Notes: generated by a model not told the origin, from the letters alone. Positions 11,059 to 20,404 are shown, numbered from the whole stretch's first letter. The stretch is 62,609 bases of DNA, filler included, from Deltaproteobacteria bacterium (GCA_016283195.1; 4 parts of 4 records of this genome joined end to end with filler, not necessarily neighbours in it); one strand, 5' to 3'. Program-made: numbers and translations.

Positions 11059-11301
11059 ATGGCAAAAGAAAAGTATGAAAGCACAAAAATTCACGTCAAC
11101 GTTGGTACCATCGGCCACATCGACCACGGTAAAACCACATTGACTTCCGCTCTGACCAAAGTTTCCGCCGATCGCGGTATGGCCAAAGCCGTTACCTACG
11201 CCGAAGTGGCCAAAGCCTCTGCCAGCCAGGGCTTCCGTAACGATATGAAAACCGTTACCATCGCTACTTCTCACGTTGAATACAATTCCGAAAAACGTCA
11301 C
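11059..11301 (+). CDS. tuf: Elongation factor Tu, N-terminal fragment cut by the gap
   Basis: [23 protein letters not shown] and TSHVEY, following fusA. Confidence 0.93.
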
Positions 11302-11401
11302 NNNNNNNNNNNNNNNNNNNNNNNNNNNNNNNNNNNNNNNNNNNNTTAATTAATTAANNNNNNNNNNNNNNNNNNNNNNNNNNNNNNNNNNNNNNNNNNN
11401 N
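11302..11401. other. Artificial contig linker
   Basis: N run with a central TTAATTAATTAA (stops in all frames). Confidence 0.98.
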
Positions 11402-11403
11402 AA

Positions 11404-11631
11404 TACGGCCAGGGGGAGAGCCATGCCAAATATGAGCATGTGGAGCGTTTAGTGAAAATGCACCTTAGCGGGGAGAAAATATCCCTGGCCGATGAAAGAC
11501 CGCTGCAGTTTGAGCTTTTGGATAATAATGTTACGCGCAACTGGGAAGGGGTGGCCATCTGGCCGGGGCATGGCTTTTTTGTGGTTACCGACAAATTCCC
11601 GGGCTCTATTTTAGGCTTTATTGCTTTTTAA
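11404..11631 (+). CDS. Hypothetical protein, C-terminal fragment
   Basis: Open frame from the contig edge ending NWEGVAIWPGHGFFVVTDKFPGSILGFIAF*. Confidence 0.55.
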   Translation, partial: YGQGESHAKYEHVERLVKMHLSGEKISLADERPLQFELLDNNVTRNWEGVAIWPGHGFFVVTDKFPGSILGFIAF

Positions 11632-11661
11632 AATCTAAAATTTAAACTCAAAGATAAAAAA

Positions 11662-11797
11662 CGGCTCCCGGTGTGTAATTAAGAGTGGTTGACTTGGAAG
11701 TCGTGGCAGAGGGGAGAGGTCGCGCGTACTCGCGGAAACTACCTTTTAAAAATCGGCCGCAGCCTAAGCCGGCCAGAGCCGGTAACACCGAAAGCCG
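11662..11797 (-). ncRNA. Candidate structured ncRNA, copy 1
   Basis: Closing stem CGGCUUUCGGUGU/ACACCGGGAGCCG with two G-U pairs on the minus strand. Hairpins CCGGC-UCUG-GCCGG and GGC-UGCG-GCC, followed by a U6 tail. Homologous to 37755-37894. Confidence 0.75.
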
Positions 11798-11802
11798 GAG
11801 GA

Positions 11803-11831
11803 ATTGTGCGCCAGATGAAGAATTATGTCAA
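11803..11831 (-). promoter_or_regulatory. Putative sigma70 promoter of ncRNA copy 1
   Basis: Minus strand TTGACA-N17-CACAAT; predicted +1 near G11796, at the start of the closing stem. Confidence 0.6.
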
Positions 11832-11870
11832 TTATATGTTACGAATTATGGCCAGTTATAACAGGCGGAT

Positions 11871-14114
11871 TTACATTAAGTTAAACCAATATTTGTCGCT
11901 AAAGAGGCTTTTGTGTGATTGGCAACCTGTGCACTGGGTAATGTTATCATTGCCGTCTAAAATACGGAAGCCGGGGCTCATTTGGCCTTTTTGCCATAAG
12001 CCAATTCCGCCATGTATAGTATAATTGTGTTTGTTAAGAACAGTTTTATCGACGGTGACAGAGGAGCCGGAAGCTTTAAGGCAGGCAATATCGCCGTAGG
12101 CATTGAAAACCATAGCATCACAGGCAGTTAGCTCACGATTGGTGTGGCTCTTTACAAACAGGCCTTTGAATATTGTTTCATGTACGCAGGCCGCGGTTTT
12201 TTCAATTGTATAGGTGTTGCCGGTATTGGAGCCTTGTACACCTTTAAAAATATACCTATATTTCTGGCAATATTTTTTGCCGGAAGAGTTGTACTCCCAC
12301 TCACAATTGGTAGTAATGTTATAATTGCTGTCGCCGCCTTTTCTGGTATATGGAACATTATTGCGATGTTCCCCGACTTCGTTACAGTGATAATAATGTT
12401 CACCTGTGGGTTCAATCATTCTGCCAAGCCAAGCATACATACCGGGGCTACAGGTATCTTTGCTGCCGCCGTTGCGCTGAGCATAGCCTGAAGCGGTGTG
12501 GCGGGTTAAGAGCAGCAGAGTATTATCATTATTCATGGTGAATTTTTTGCGCAGGGAGACAGGAGCAGCTCTTTCGCCTTCGACGCCTTCGATGCTCACA
12601 TAGGGCAGAGTGAGGTTGCTGCTGACGAATTTTGCACTGGTGCTGAGTACTGTTTTGGCTTTTTCAAACCAAACATCATCACTAATTTTACTGGTGCAGC
12701 ATTTCACGCCGTCCAGGCTGCTTGTAATATAGTAGCTCACTGAGGCTACAGAGCTCAGAGAGCCGCTGTTAATATGTTTTGCTCTGATTTGGGTGATATA
12801 CTTGCCGTTTTTTACGTTGCTATCCTGCACCAGTGTGCAACTGCCGCGGCCGGACGGAGCCCATTTGGCATCATCGATTTTGCCTGCCGGGGCGCTGCGG
12901 CACTCATAAGAATAAGCGCGACTTTCCAGCATATCGTGTTCGAAAGCAACAGCAGTGTCATTACCAGCTTGATCTTTCCAGCCGACAACATCTTTGTTGC
13001 AGGCATTGTTAAAGGGCTTATCGGCATTTATGGTCGGGGCGTTTACGATTACAGAGGTTACCGTGTTGCAGTCGGCACCTTCCCAGCCGCTTTTGCAAAT
13101 ATTGCATAAGTCGCCGTCCCAGTTGCCATTACATTCACACAGGCCTGTGCCGCCGAGACCATCGCTGCAGGAGCCATGCGCGCCGCAGTCCGGACAGGTG
13201 TCTTGGCAATTATCGCCATAGAAACCGGAACGGCAATTTGAGCAATCATCGAGCCAGCGGGTTTGGTCGCAGCTTGGCGGTAAAACGCTCGGCGTGCAAA
13301 CCGATTTTTCGCCGATTTCGCCCTGGCAAGTGTAACTATCTTCAACAGTGCAACCGGCGCTGCAACCATCCTCGTTATCGGAGTTGCCGTCATCACAAGC
13401 TTCGCCGGATTCTCTTACGCCGTTGCCGCATTTGGGCTCATCGCCGGGATTATCGTTTTTGGGTGTGCAAACCGATTTTTCGCCGGGAGTATTAGTGCAA
13501 TTATGGGTCTCTTCAACCTGGCACTGGGCATTGCAACCGTCATGGTCGTTTTTATTGCCGTCATCGCAGGCTTCTTTGCCAGCAAGAAGATGGCCGTCAC
13601 CGCAAACGTTTAGTTTGCAAGTTGTCAGGCATTCTTTGCTGAGGTCGTTATTATTGCCGTCATCGCACTCTTCCTTGCCTACTACTTGGAATTTATCGCC
13701 GCATATCGGAGTGCATATCGATTTGCCATCGCTGTTTTCTTTGCAATTCCAGCCTGTTTCAATAGCGCAACTGGCACTGCAACCATCGCCCGGAGTATTG
13801 TTTTCGTCGTCGCAATCTTCGGTCGGTTCTTTAATGCCGTTGCCACAGACAACATAGGTGCCCTCGGCACACACTTTGGCATCATTGCAATGTTGATTAC
13901 TGGCGCAATCTTTGTTGGTATTGCATACTTTGTGGCAGCGCTCCATGTAACAACTTAGTCCGGAGGCACACTCTTTGGGATCTGAGCAGGCATAACCTTC
14001 AAGGGTGGCGCCGGAACCATCTTTCCCGGGAGTGACACTATTGCCACAGGCATTAAGCAAAAGTAGAAAAGTTGCTACCAAAGAGCTGTTTAACAATAGC
14101 CGCTGTTTTCCCAT
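11871..14114 (-). CDS. Cys-rich surface lipoprotein with a conserved C-terminal domain (paralog of 37944-42308)
   Basis: Lipobox LNAC; ECDDGN/CGNG myxobacterial-type Cys repeats and EGF-like units; ~400-aa C-terminal domain shared with the 1454-aa protein. Start at the ATG after AGGAGG. Confidence 0.85.
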   Translation of the reverse strand: MGKQRLLLNSSLVATFLLLLNACGNSVTPGKDGSGATLEGYACSDPKECASGLSCYMERCHKVCNTNKDCASNQHCNDAKVCAEGTYVVCGNGIKEPTEDCDDENNTPGDGCSASCAIETGWNCKENSDGKSICTPICGDKFQVVGKEECDDGNNNDLSKECLTTCKLNVCGDGHLLAGKEACDDGNKNDHDGCNAQCQVEETHNCTNTPGEKSVCTPKNDNPGDEPKCGNGVRESGEACDDGNSDNEDGCSAGCTVEDSYTCQGEIGEKSVCTPSVLPPSCDQTRWLDDCSNCRSGFYGDNCQDTCPDCGAHGSCSDGLGGTGLCECNGNWDGDLCNICKSGWEGADCNTVTSVIVNAPTINADKPFNNACNKDVVGWKDQAGNDTAVAFEHDMLESRAYSYECRSAPAGKIDDAKWAPSGRGSCTLVQDSNVKNGKYITQIRAKHINSGSLSSVASVSYYITSSLDGVKCCTSKISDDVWFEKAKTVLSTSAKFVSSNLTLPYVSIEGVEGERAAPVSLRKKFTMNNDNTLLLLTRHTASGYAQRNGGSKDTCSPGMYAWLGRMIEPTGEHYYHCNEVGEHRNNVPYTRKGGDSNYNITTNCEWEYNSSGKKYCQKYRYIFKGVQGSNTGNTYTIEKTAACVHETIFKGLFVKSHTNRELTACDAMVFNAYGDIACLKASGSSVTVDKTVLNKHNYTIHGGIGLWQKGQMSPGFRILDGNDNITQCTGCQSHKSLFSDKYWFNLM

Positions 14115-14181
14115 TGATAACCTCCTTCCGGGACAAGCCCGCACGGTGCCGTATTATAATAGATGAATAGAGCGTTGACAA
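14115..14181 (-). promoter_or_regulatory. sigma70 promoter and conserved 5' leader of Cys-rich gene 1
   Basis: TTGTCA-N17-TATAAT (14181-14153), then the leader ACCGTGCGGGCTTGTCCCGGAAGGAGG, similar to 42309-42369. Confidence 0.75.
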
Positions 14182-14300
14182 TAATGTCTAATAAGATAAT
14201 CAGAGCCTTTTGCCGCTTTAAAGAGGCCTGTGTGTTGACGCCGGCCCGCCTATTTGATACGAAAGCGCGAGTGTGCGGAGGAGTCCGCCAAAGGGGTTAA

Positions 14301-15386
14301 ATGATGACAGATGTAGAAAAAACTTCCCACTCTTCTTATGAAGCAGCTATTGAACGCAGTGCCAAGATAGAAAAAGATATTTTGGTAAATCCTAAAAAAT
14401 ACCGCGTGCTTACCGGGGATAGGCCCACTGGGCGCCTGCATATTGGGCACTACTTCGGCTCTTTGCAGAATAGAGTGCGCCTTTCTAAATTGGGCGTACC
14501 GACGATGATTCTCATTGCCGATTATCAGGTACTGACCGATCACGACGCTTTTGATAAAATTAGCCAAAATACCAAAGAGCTGGTTATTGATTACCTGGCA
14601 GCCGGGATAGAACCTGGTGAAGATGTTATAATATTTCCGCATAGTTATATTCCGGAAGCCAATCAGCTGATGCTGCCTTTCCTTACTTTGGTGAGCAATG
14701 CCGAGCTCAGCCGCAATCCCACGGTAAAGGAGGAAATTCAGTCGGCGGGGCTAAAGAATGTCAATGCCGGTATGTACACTTATCCTATTCATCAGGCTTG
14801 CGATATCCTCTTTTGCAAGGGCACGGTGGTGCCGGTGGGTAAGGATCAGTTGCCGCACATTGAGATTACCCAAACTATTGCCCGGCGTTTTAACAATAAG
14901 TTTTCGCCTGAAAAGCCCATTTTCCCCGAGCCGGAAGCACTTTTATCTAAGACTCCCAGCATTTTGGGGCTGGATGGCAGCCAAAAAATGAGCAAGAGTC
15001 GCGGTAATGCCATTATGCTCTCGGCAACGGAAGATGAGACAGCGGCGCTCATTAAAAAGGCCAAAACCGATTCCGATCGTCACATTACCTATGAGCCGGA
15101 AACACGCCCGGAGGTGGCCAATTTATTGCAACTGATAGCTCTTTGCACCAAAGAAACCCCAGAAGCGGTGGCCGAGCGCATTGGTGATGGCGGCGGTGGT
15201 ATGCTCAAAAAAGAGCTCACAGCAGCACTTAATGAAGAATTACGCCCACTTAGAGCCAAAAGAGCCGAGCTGGAAAAGAATCCTGATTATATAAGAAAAG
15301 TGCTTCTTGATGGTGCCGAGCGGGCGCGGGCTATAGCCAAAGCCACTCTTGATGAGGTGCGCGCCGCCATGAATATGGTGATTTAA
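14301..15386 (+). CDS. trpS: Tryptophan--tRNA ligase
   Basis: TGDRPTGRLHIGHY, VPVGKDQLPH and KMSKS motifs. Confidence 0.97.
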   Translation: MMTDVEKTSHSSYEAAIERSAKIEKDILVNPKKYRVLTGDRPTGRLHIGHYFGSLQNRVRLSKLGVPTMILIADYQVLTDHDAFDKISQNTKELVIDYLAAGIEPGEDVIIFPHSYIPEANQLMLPFLTLVSNAELSRNPTVKEEIQSAGLKNVNAGMYTYPIHQACDILFCKGTVVPVGKDQLPHIEITQTIARRFNNKFSPEKPIFPEPEALLSKTPSILGLDGSQKMSKSRGNAIMLSATEDETAALIKKAKTDSDRHITYEPETRPEVANLLQLIALCTKETPEAVAERIGDGGGGMLKKELTAALNEELRPLRAKRAELEKNPDYIRKVLLDGAERARAIAKATLDEVRAAMNMVI

Positions 15387-16315
15387 GCGCTTGGATCCGC
15401 TATTTTTAGCTCCCTTTCAATATATGCCACATCATCTTGCATAGCCGCTATAATGGCCGCCGGGCCGGAAAAACGGCGGCTTTCGCGCACAAATAGTGTG
15501 AGCTCCAGCGCCACTTTTTGGCCGTAAAATTCACCGCCGCTATAGTGTGGCAGGTAGGCCTCAACAGTGGGCAAAGTAGCGCCAAAAGTGGCTGGCGCTC
15601 CGATGTGGACTGCTGCTAAGTAGCGGATATTATTAAGGCTAAGAAAGCCGCCATAGACGCCAGCCAGCGGCAGGAGCTCATGAGTGGCAATATTGGCTGT
15701 GGGGTAACCCAGCTGGCGTCCTCTTTGTGCTCCGGGTACTACTTCGCCATATAGTGTGTAATTATGGCCTAAAAGTTCATTGGCTACCTTGATATCTCCG
15801 GCTGAAAGCAGTGAGCGGATGCGGGTAGAGGAAATCGAAAGGCCGTCGGCAGTTGTTATGTCTTCTAATAAGTGGGCAGAAATATTATGCTTTTCGGCTA
15901 AATCCTTTAATGTGGCAAAATTGCCGGAGCGCTCATGGCCAAAGGAGAAATCACGCCCGACAGCTATATCCTTAACCCCCATAGGCAAGAGTATTTTCTC
16001 GAAAAACTCTGCCGGGGTGAGGGCGGTAAAATCAGGGCTGAGCTCTTGTACCAGCGTTTTTTGCACCCCCAGAGCGGCTAGTGTTTCCAGCCTTTTTTCC
16101 AGGGGCATTAGGAGGGGAAAGCTTTTTTTCCCCAAGGTGGCTGGGTGGGGGTGAAAAGTCAAAACGGCGCTTATCATTTGGCCGACATGCGCTTTATCAA
16201 CAATGTGGGCGATGAGTTTCCGGTGACCTTTGTGCACGCCGTCGAAAGTGCCAATAGCCAGAGCCAGAGAACCGCAGTTTTTGGGGAAATTAGTGTAATT
16301 ATAAAAAATATCCAT
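15383..16315 (-). CDS. ribF: Riboflavin kinase/FAD synthetase
   Basis: IGTFDGVHKGH, ISSTRIR and GRQLGYPTAN motifs. Confidence 0.95.
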   Translation of the reverse strand: MDIFYNYTNFPKNCGSLALAIGTFDGVHKGHRKLIAHIVDKAHVGQMISAVLTFHPHPATLGKKSFPLLMPLEKRLETLAALGVQKTLVQELSPDFTALTPAEFFEKILLPMGVKDIAVGRDFSFGHERSGNFATLKDLAEKHNISAHLLEDITTADGLSISSTRIRSLLSAGDIKVANELLGHNYTLYGEVVPGAQRGRQLGYPTANIATHELLPLAGVYGGFLSLNNIRYLAAVHIGAPATFGATLPTVEAYLPHYSGGEFYGQKVALELTLFVRESRRFSGPAAIIAAMQDDVAYIERELKIADPSA

Positions 16316-16318
16316 AAG

Positions 16319-17323
16319 TTAGTTACCAACAGTTGTTTTAGAACGGGCCAGCAGCCACAGGAAAAACGGCCCGCCAAAGAATGAGGTTATTACTCCCACT
16401 GGCAGGCTGGTGTCAAATAAGCCAAAGCCCAGGCGGGCGGCGGTGTCGGCCAATAATAAAAGGGTGGCGCCGCCAAAGAAAGAGCAGGGGAGGAGCAGGC
16501 GGTGGTCCGGCCCGATGATGAGGCGTAGAATATGGGGCACCACCAGGCCGATAAAGCCAATCATGCCCACGATGGAGACCACGGCAGCCACGATAAGCGA
16601 GGCGGCGAGGTATATGACCCAGCGCAGGCGTTCCACATTTATGCCCAGGGTGCTGGCCACCTTTTCTCCCAGAGCCAGAGTGTTGAGTTTGGGAGCCAGC
16701 AAAGTGAGCAATAGAGCGCCGCTAAGGACGAGCACTAGAGCCAATATGGACTCATTCCAGGCCGGGTAGCCCAAAGAGCCCATCAGCCAAAAGAGGAGCT
16801 CCTGCGCCTTGGTGGCCGAGGCCGCCACTTTTAGCACGGTGATGAGGCTCGAGGCAAAGGCATTGATGACTACGCCGGTTAAAAGCATGGTGAGCGCCGA
16901 ATTTTGCGGAAAGCGCCGGGCCAGCCACATAGTGAAAATAATGGTTAATAAGGCGCCGCCAAAGGAGCAGAGCGGGATGAGGAAAATACTGCCGGTAAAG
17001 ATAATGGCAATAGTGCCGCCTAGGGCGGCGCCGGCCGAGACGCCCATGACGTAAGGGTCGGCCAGAGGATTGCGCAACAGAGCCTGAAAAGCCACACCGC
17101 TGATGGCCAGGGCGCCGCCGGTGGCATAGCCCAAAAGGGCGCGTGGGGCGCGTAGCCAGAGGAGTGAACCGTTATAAGTGTCGCTGCTAAAGGTAGTGGC
17201 TCCGCAGGTCATGGCCAAAAAGAGAGCCAGAAGAGAGAGTAGGCAGGTCAATAAAACACTGCCGATAAGCCTCCTGCGCGAAAGTGGCTCACGATGAGTT
17301 TCTTTTGTTTGCCAGATGGGCAA
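16319..17323 (-). CDS. FecCD/BtuC-family ABC permease
   Basis: LRAPR, QALLRNPLADPYVMGVSAGA and GMIGFIGLVVPH motifs. Confidence 0.92.
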   Translation of the reverse strand: MPIWQTKETHREPLSRRRLIGSVLLTCLLSLLALFLAMTCGATTFSSDTYNGSLLWLRAPRALLGYATGGALAISGVAFQALLRNPLADPYVMGVSAGAALGGTIAIIFTGSIFLIPLCSFGGALLTIIFTMWLARRFPQNSALTMLLTGVVINAFASSLITVLKVAASATKAQELLFWLMGSLGYPAWNESILALVLVLSGALLLTLLAPKLNTLALGEKVASTLGINVERLRWVIYLAASLIVAAVVSIVGMIGFIGLVVPHILRLIIGPDHRLLLPCSFFGGATLLLLADTAARLGFGLFDTSLPVGVITSFFGGPFFLWLLARSKTTVGN

Positions 17324-17451
17324 TTGGTGCCTCCGGTAAAGCCCTCTTATTGATTATAGTTCAAGCGGCAGAGTGCTGGCCTAAGCCGCGAATGCCGCTA
17401 TATAGCATGTTTTGGTGAAAAAGTGGCAGCTGTTTTTTATGGTAACATGGA

Positions 17452-18732
17452 TTAGTTGGAGGCATCCCTTACACAACGCACGGATCTTGGCCACTCGCTG
17501 GCTTTAGCATCAATATTGGTAATATTATAAGATATGGTGAAAGCATAGCCACCAGCGCCACCGGCCTTAGTGGCCGACCAAAAAGAGGCGGTGGTGGTGT
17601 TATATTGAATTTCGTTGTATGAACCGGCGGGCAGAGCCGAAAAGCCATAAGTATTTTTCCCATCTTCCCAGTTTGTATCTCTTAAATTGTCGGAACGAGT
17701 TTGGTCATCATTACCAGCTGTTTGCTGCAAATTATCGTATTCATCTTTGCTCGGCAGCCGCCAGCCGCTGGGGCAGAAATCATCGCCGGTGGCTATGGTC
17801 CAGGTATAAAGGAGACCATATTCGCTGTCGTTATTGGCCTTACCGTTAGAATGATAATAATCTGTGTCTTCTGTGCCAACTACGTGGCGATAATTCTCGG
17901 CCATCCATTCCAGGCCATCTATGATGACAGTTTTGTAAGTAATATTATCCCGGTTGTCTTTTACCGAGCCGTAGGTCTGGCAACTTTCTCCAAAGCCGCC
18001 ATTTATGCACTCATTGCAATTCTCGCCGGTCATCAGCGAGTTGGTGCAGGTGCAGTCTGCGCCGGAGCGGCCATCTTTACAGGAAGAGCAGTCATCACCG
18101 GTGCGCCCTTCGGCACAGCTATTGCAATAATAGCCGGTCCAATGCGCGTTGCAAACATCGCAGGCATCGCCTTCCCAGCCGGTATCTTCTTCGCATATGC
18201 AGGTGCCGTCGCCATCTTTGCCTTCATCGCAAGTGCCATGGCCGCAGCTTTCCGGGCAGGGCTGACAATCGTCGCCATAAAAGCCGCTGGAACATTCGTC
18301 GCAATTTTCACCGGTAAAGCCGGTTGGGCAGCCGGTTGGCTCATCGCAGTTAGCACCTTGCCAGCTATCAGCGCATGTATCGCAATTTTGCCCGCTGAAA
18401 TTGCCGGTACAGGCGCCAGTGCATTTGCCGTTGCCATCTACGCCCAGGCTGGGAGTGCCGTTTTTACAAGTTGGCGCTTTGTCGCAATTGGCTCCCCAGA
18501 AATTGCCGCTGCAAATGTCACAGTTAGCGCCGCTCCAGCCGGTACCTTGCGGACAATTGGTATTATTATTGTTGTTATTATTATTATTGTTGTTATTGTT
18601 GTTATTGCCTTTTTGTTCGGTTTTGCTGCTCGCTCCATTATTTTCTGCCGGCGATTTTTCCTTTTCGCCGCAAGCTGTAAGAGCCAGAGTTAAAGCGCAA
18701 AATAGCGCCAATTTGCCGGATGTTTTCTTCAT
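17452..18732 (-). CDS. Lipoprotein with EGF-like repeats and a C-terminal Fibrobacter major paralogous (FISUMP) domain
   Basis: Lipobox LTAC and an N15 tract; YKTVIIDGLEWMAENY, YGLLYTW, CPSGWRLPS, YGFSALPAG and SVRCVRD motifs. Confidence 0.88.
   Translation of the reverse strand: MKKTSGKLALFCALTLALTACGEKEKSPAENNGASSKTEQKGNNNNNNNNNNNNNNNTNCPQGTGWSGANCDICSGNFWGANCDKAPTCKNGTPSLGVDGNGKCTGACTGNFSGQNCDTCADSWQGANCDEPTGCPTGFTGENCDECSSGFYGDDCQPCPESCGHGTCDEGKDGDGTCICEEDTGWEGDACDVCNAHWTGYYCNSCAEGRTGDDCSSCKDGRSGADCTCTNSLMTGENCNECINGGFGESCQTYGSVKDNRDNITYKTVIIDGLEWMAENYRHVVGTEDTDYYHSNGKANNDSEYGLLYTWTIATGDDFCPSGWRLPSKDEYDNLQQTAGNDDQTRSDNLRDTNWEDGKNTYGFSALPAGSYNEIQYNTTTASFWSATKAGGAGGYAFTISYNITNIDAKASEWPRSVRCVRDASN
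18562..18606 (-). repeat. (AAY)15 trinucleotide tract encoding poly-Asn
   Basis: 15 consecutive AAT/AAC codons. Confidence 0.95.
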
Positions 18733-18813
18733 AACCTTTTTTCTCCTTATAAAAAGTAAAATTCATTGGCGAAATTGCCAATATTTAAGCCACCTGGTTG
18801 TAGGGGCGCGGCA

Positions 18814-18840
18814 GTTCTATTTTTTTTTTTTTGATGTCAA
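18814..18840 (-). promoter_or_regulatory. Putative promoter with an A13 homopolymer in the spacer
   Basis: Minus strand TTGACA-TC-A13-TAGAAC (15-nt spacer) upstream of the FISUMP gene. Confidence 0.45.
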
Positions 18841-18944
18841 GTGTTTTTATAACGCAGTGAAAATAAAGGAAAAAATAATGTAAGTGATCGGCGTCACAAT
18901 GGTAATATTAGAGTCTAAAAGGTGTAGCAGGTGCAGCGCTTGTT

Positions 18945-19409
18945 TTACGGCGCGCTGGCGCGGACACAATATTGAGTCCGGCCAAAGAGCGGAGCGCCAA
19001 TATAACCGCGTAATTTAAGGCGCTTGCCACCGTCGATGAGCATAACTTTTACTTTGTAATATTTGCCGCTGCCGGTGTCTAAAAGTTGCCCATTACCCCA
19101 GGTGTCTTTATCTATGGGGGCGAGGTTTTCCACTATTTTGAGGCCGACAATGGGCACATTTTTGAGCGCTCCCTCACATTTTTCGCAGAGCGGATTGGAA
19201 TTTTCATTAGATAAAATCTTGACGATTTGCCCGGATATTTTGCCATCCTGCATGGTGACCTTGATAATGCCCGGGGCTTCATCCTTGGTAACTGTTTGCC
19301 AATAGCCAACCGGGGAGGTGAGATCTTCTTCCTCTGCGCCGGCTAGAGCAGGAAAAGCTAAAAATAACGCACAGATAACAAAGAATGATACTTTCTCGTC
19401 TATTCTCAT
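18945..19409 (-). CDS. DUF2147 family secreted protein
   Basis: Signal peptide; SPVGYWQT, CEKC...PIVGLKI and LKLRGYIGAPLFGRTQ motifs. Confidence 0.85.
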   Translation of the reverse strand: MRIDEKVSFFVICALFLAFPALAGAEEEDLTSPVGYWQTVTKDEAPGIIKVTMQDGKISGQIVKILSNENSNPLCEKCEGALKNVPIVGLKIVENLAPIDKDTWGNGQLLDTGSGKYYKVKVMLIDGGKRLKLRGYIGAPLFGRTQYCVRASAP

Positions 19410-19417
19410 AAAAAACC

Positions 19418-19873
19418 TCAATGGCTTAAAATATTCTCTAAAAGCCCCTGGCAACCAGCCTGTACTTCTCGCCAGGTGCGGGCAAAATCATCGCTATACC
19501 ACGGGTCGGCCACTTCGCCGGGGGTGTCGGTATAATCCAGAAGCAGGTGCACTTTGTTTTCCGGGTCATCATCAAACACCCGGCGCATATTGCGGATATT
19601 GGCCATATCCATGCCGATTATCAGGTCAAAGGCCCGGTAATCATTTTTGGTTATTTGCCGCGCCCGTTTGCCTTCGCAGCTGATGCCGTGTTCTTCTAAA
19701 AGGCGGCGCACCGGCGGATAAACGGGATTACCCAATTCTTCGGTGCTGGTGGCGGCTGAGGCAATAACAAAATCGGCGGTAAGTCCCCGTTTTTGCACCA
19801 GATCTTTCATGACAAATTCAGCCATGGGGCTGCGGCAAATATTGCCGTGACAGACAAAAAGTATCTTAGTCAT
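19418..19873 (-). CDS. Low-molecular-weight protein-tyrosine phosphatase
   Basis: FVCHGNICRSPMAE and DPWY motifs. Confidence 0.95.
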   Translation of the reverse strand: MTKILFVCHGNICRSPMAEFVMKDLVQKRGLTADFVIASAATSTEELGNPVYPPVRRLLEEHGISCEGKRARQITKNDYRAFDLIIGMDMANIRNMRRVFDDDPENKVHLLLDYTDTPGEVADPWYSDDFARTWREVQAGCQGLLENILSH

Positions 19874-19908
19874 CTTAATACCGCAAGAGAATAATATGGT
19901 GTCCAAGG

Positions 19909-20166
19909 TCAGGTATCGGAATTACTGTCGGATACTTCTGTTAACCAATAACCCTTGAGCGCTTTTTTCCAACACTCGTATTTGACATTTTCTTTTTCCG
20001 GGGCCATGCCGCAAAGTTCTTGACATTGTTTGGTTCCTTGGCAGGTGCCCAGGCTTTCGGGAACATTACAATCAGTCTCTACATTACATTTATTGGACTC
20101 GCCACAAGCCGGAAGAAGGGCAGAGGCAAAAATGAAAGCCATAGTTGATTTCTTTAAATATTTCAT
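19909..20166 (-). CDS. Small Cys-rich lipoprotein
   Basis: Lipobox LPAC, six further Cys and an AGGAG RBS. Confidence 0.65.
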   Translation of the reverse strand: MKYLKKSTMAFIFASALLPACGESNKCNVETDCNVPESLGTCQGTKQCQELCGMAPEKENVKYECWKKALKGYWLTEVSDSNSDT

Positions 20167-20299
20167 AGCAGGACTCCTAATTTTATGGCGGCTACCTTCC
20201 GCCGTGTGTGCCTAGTATAGTAAAGTCGCTTTTTTGTCAACTGCGGGAGGAGATAAAGGATTTATAATGACCGATGGCATATAGGGGCAGGTTTGCTCA

Positions 20300-20357
20300 C
20301 ACATTTTTGCACCGAAAAACGTGCAAACCTGCACATTTTTGCACCAAAAAAGGTGCA
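20300..20357. repeat. Tandem 26-bp repeat (32-bp period), each unit with a TGCAC-N8-GTGCA dyad
   Basis: CACATTTTTGCACCGAAAAACGTGCA and CACATTTTTGCACCAAAAAAGGTGCA. Confidence 0.8.
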
Positions 20358-20404
20358 CGCTTTTTGAAACAGAGGTTAGAGATGATTAGGGCGGTAAAAG
20401 GGCA

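Noticed and set aside
11302-11401. TTAATTAATTAA motif occurring three times (also within 31403-31502 and 34560-34659)
   Set aside because: These are artificial contig linkers, so adjacency across them carries no biological meaning.
17350-17405. Hairpin upstream of the BtuC/FecCD-like permease as a cobalamin riboswitch
   Set aside because: The intergenic region is short and has no recognisable B12-box, only a single stem (AGCGGCA/TGCCGCT).
18562-18606. (AAY)15 tract as a DGR template repeat
   Set aside because: It encodes a poly-Asn linker after the lipobox, and no matching variable region is present.
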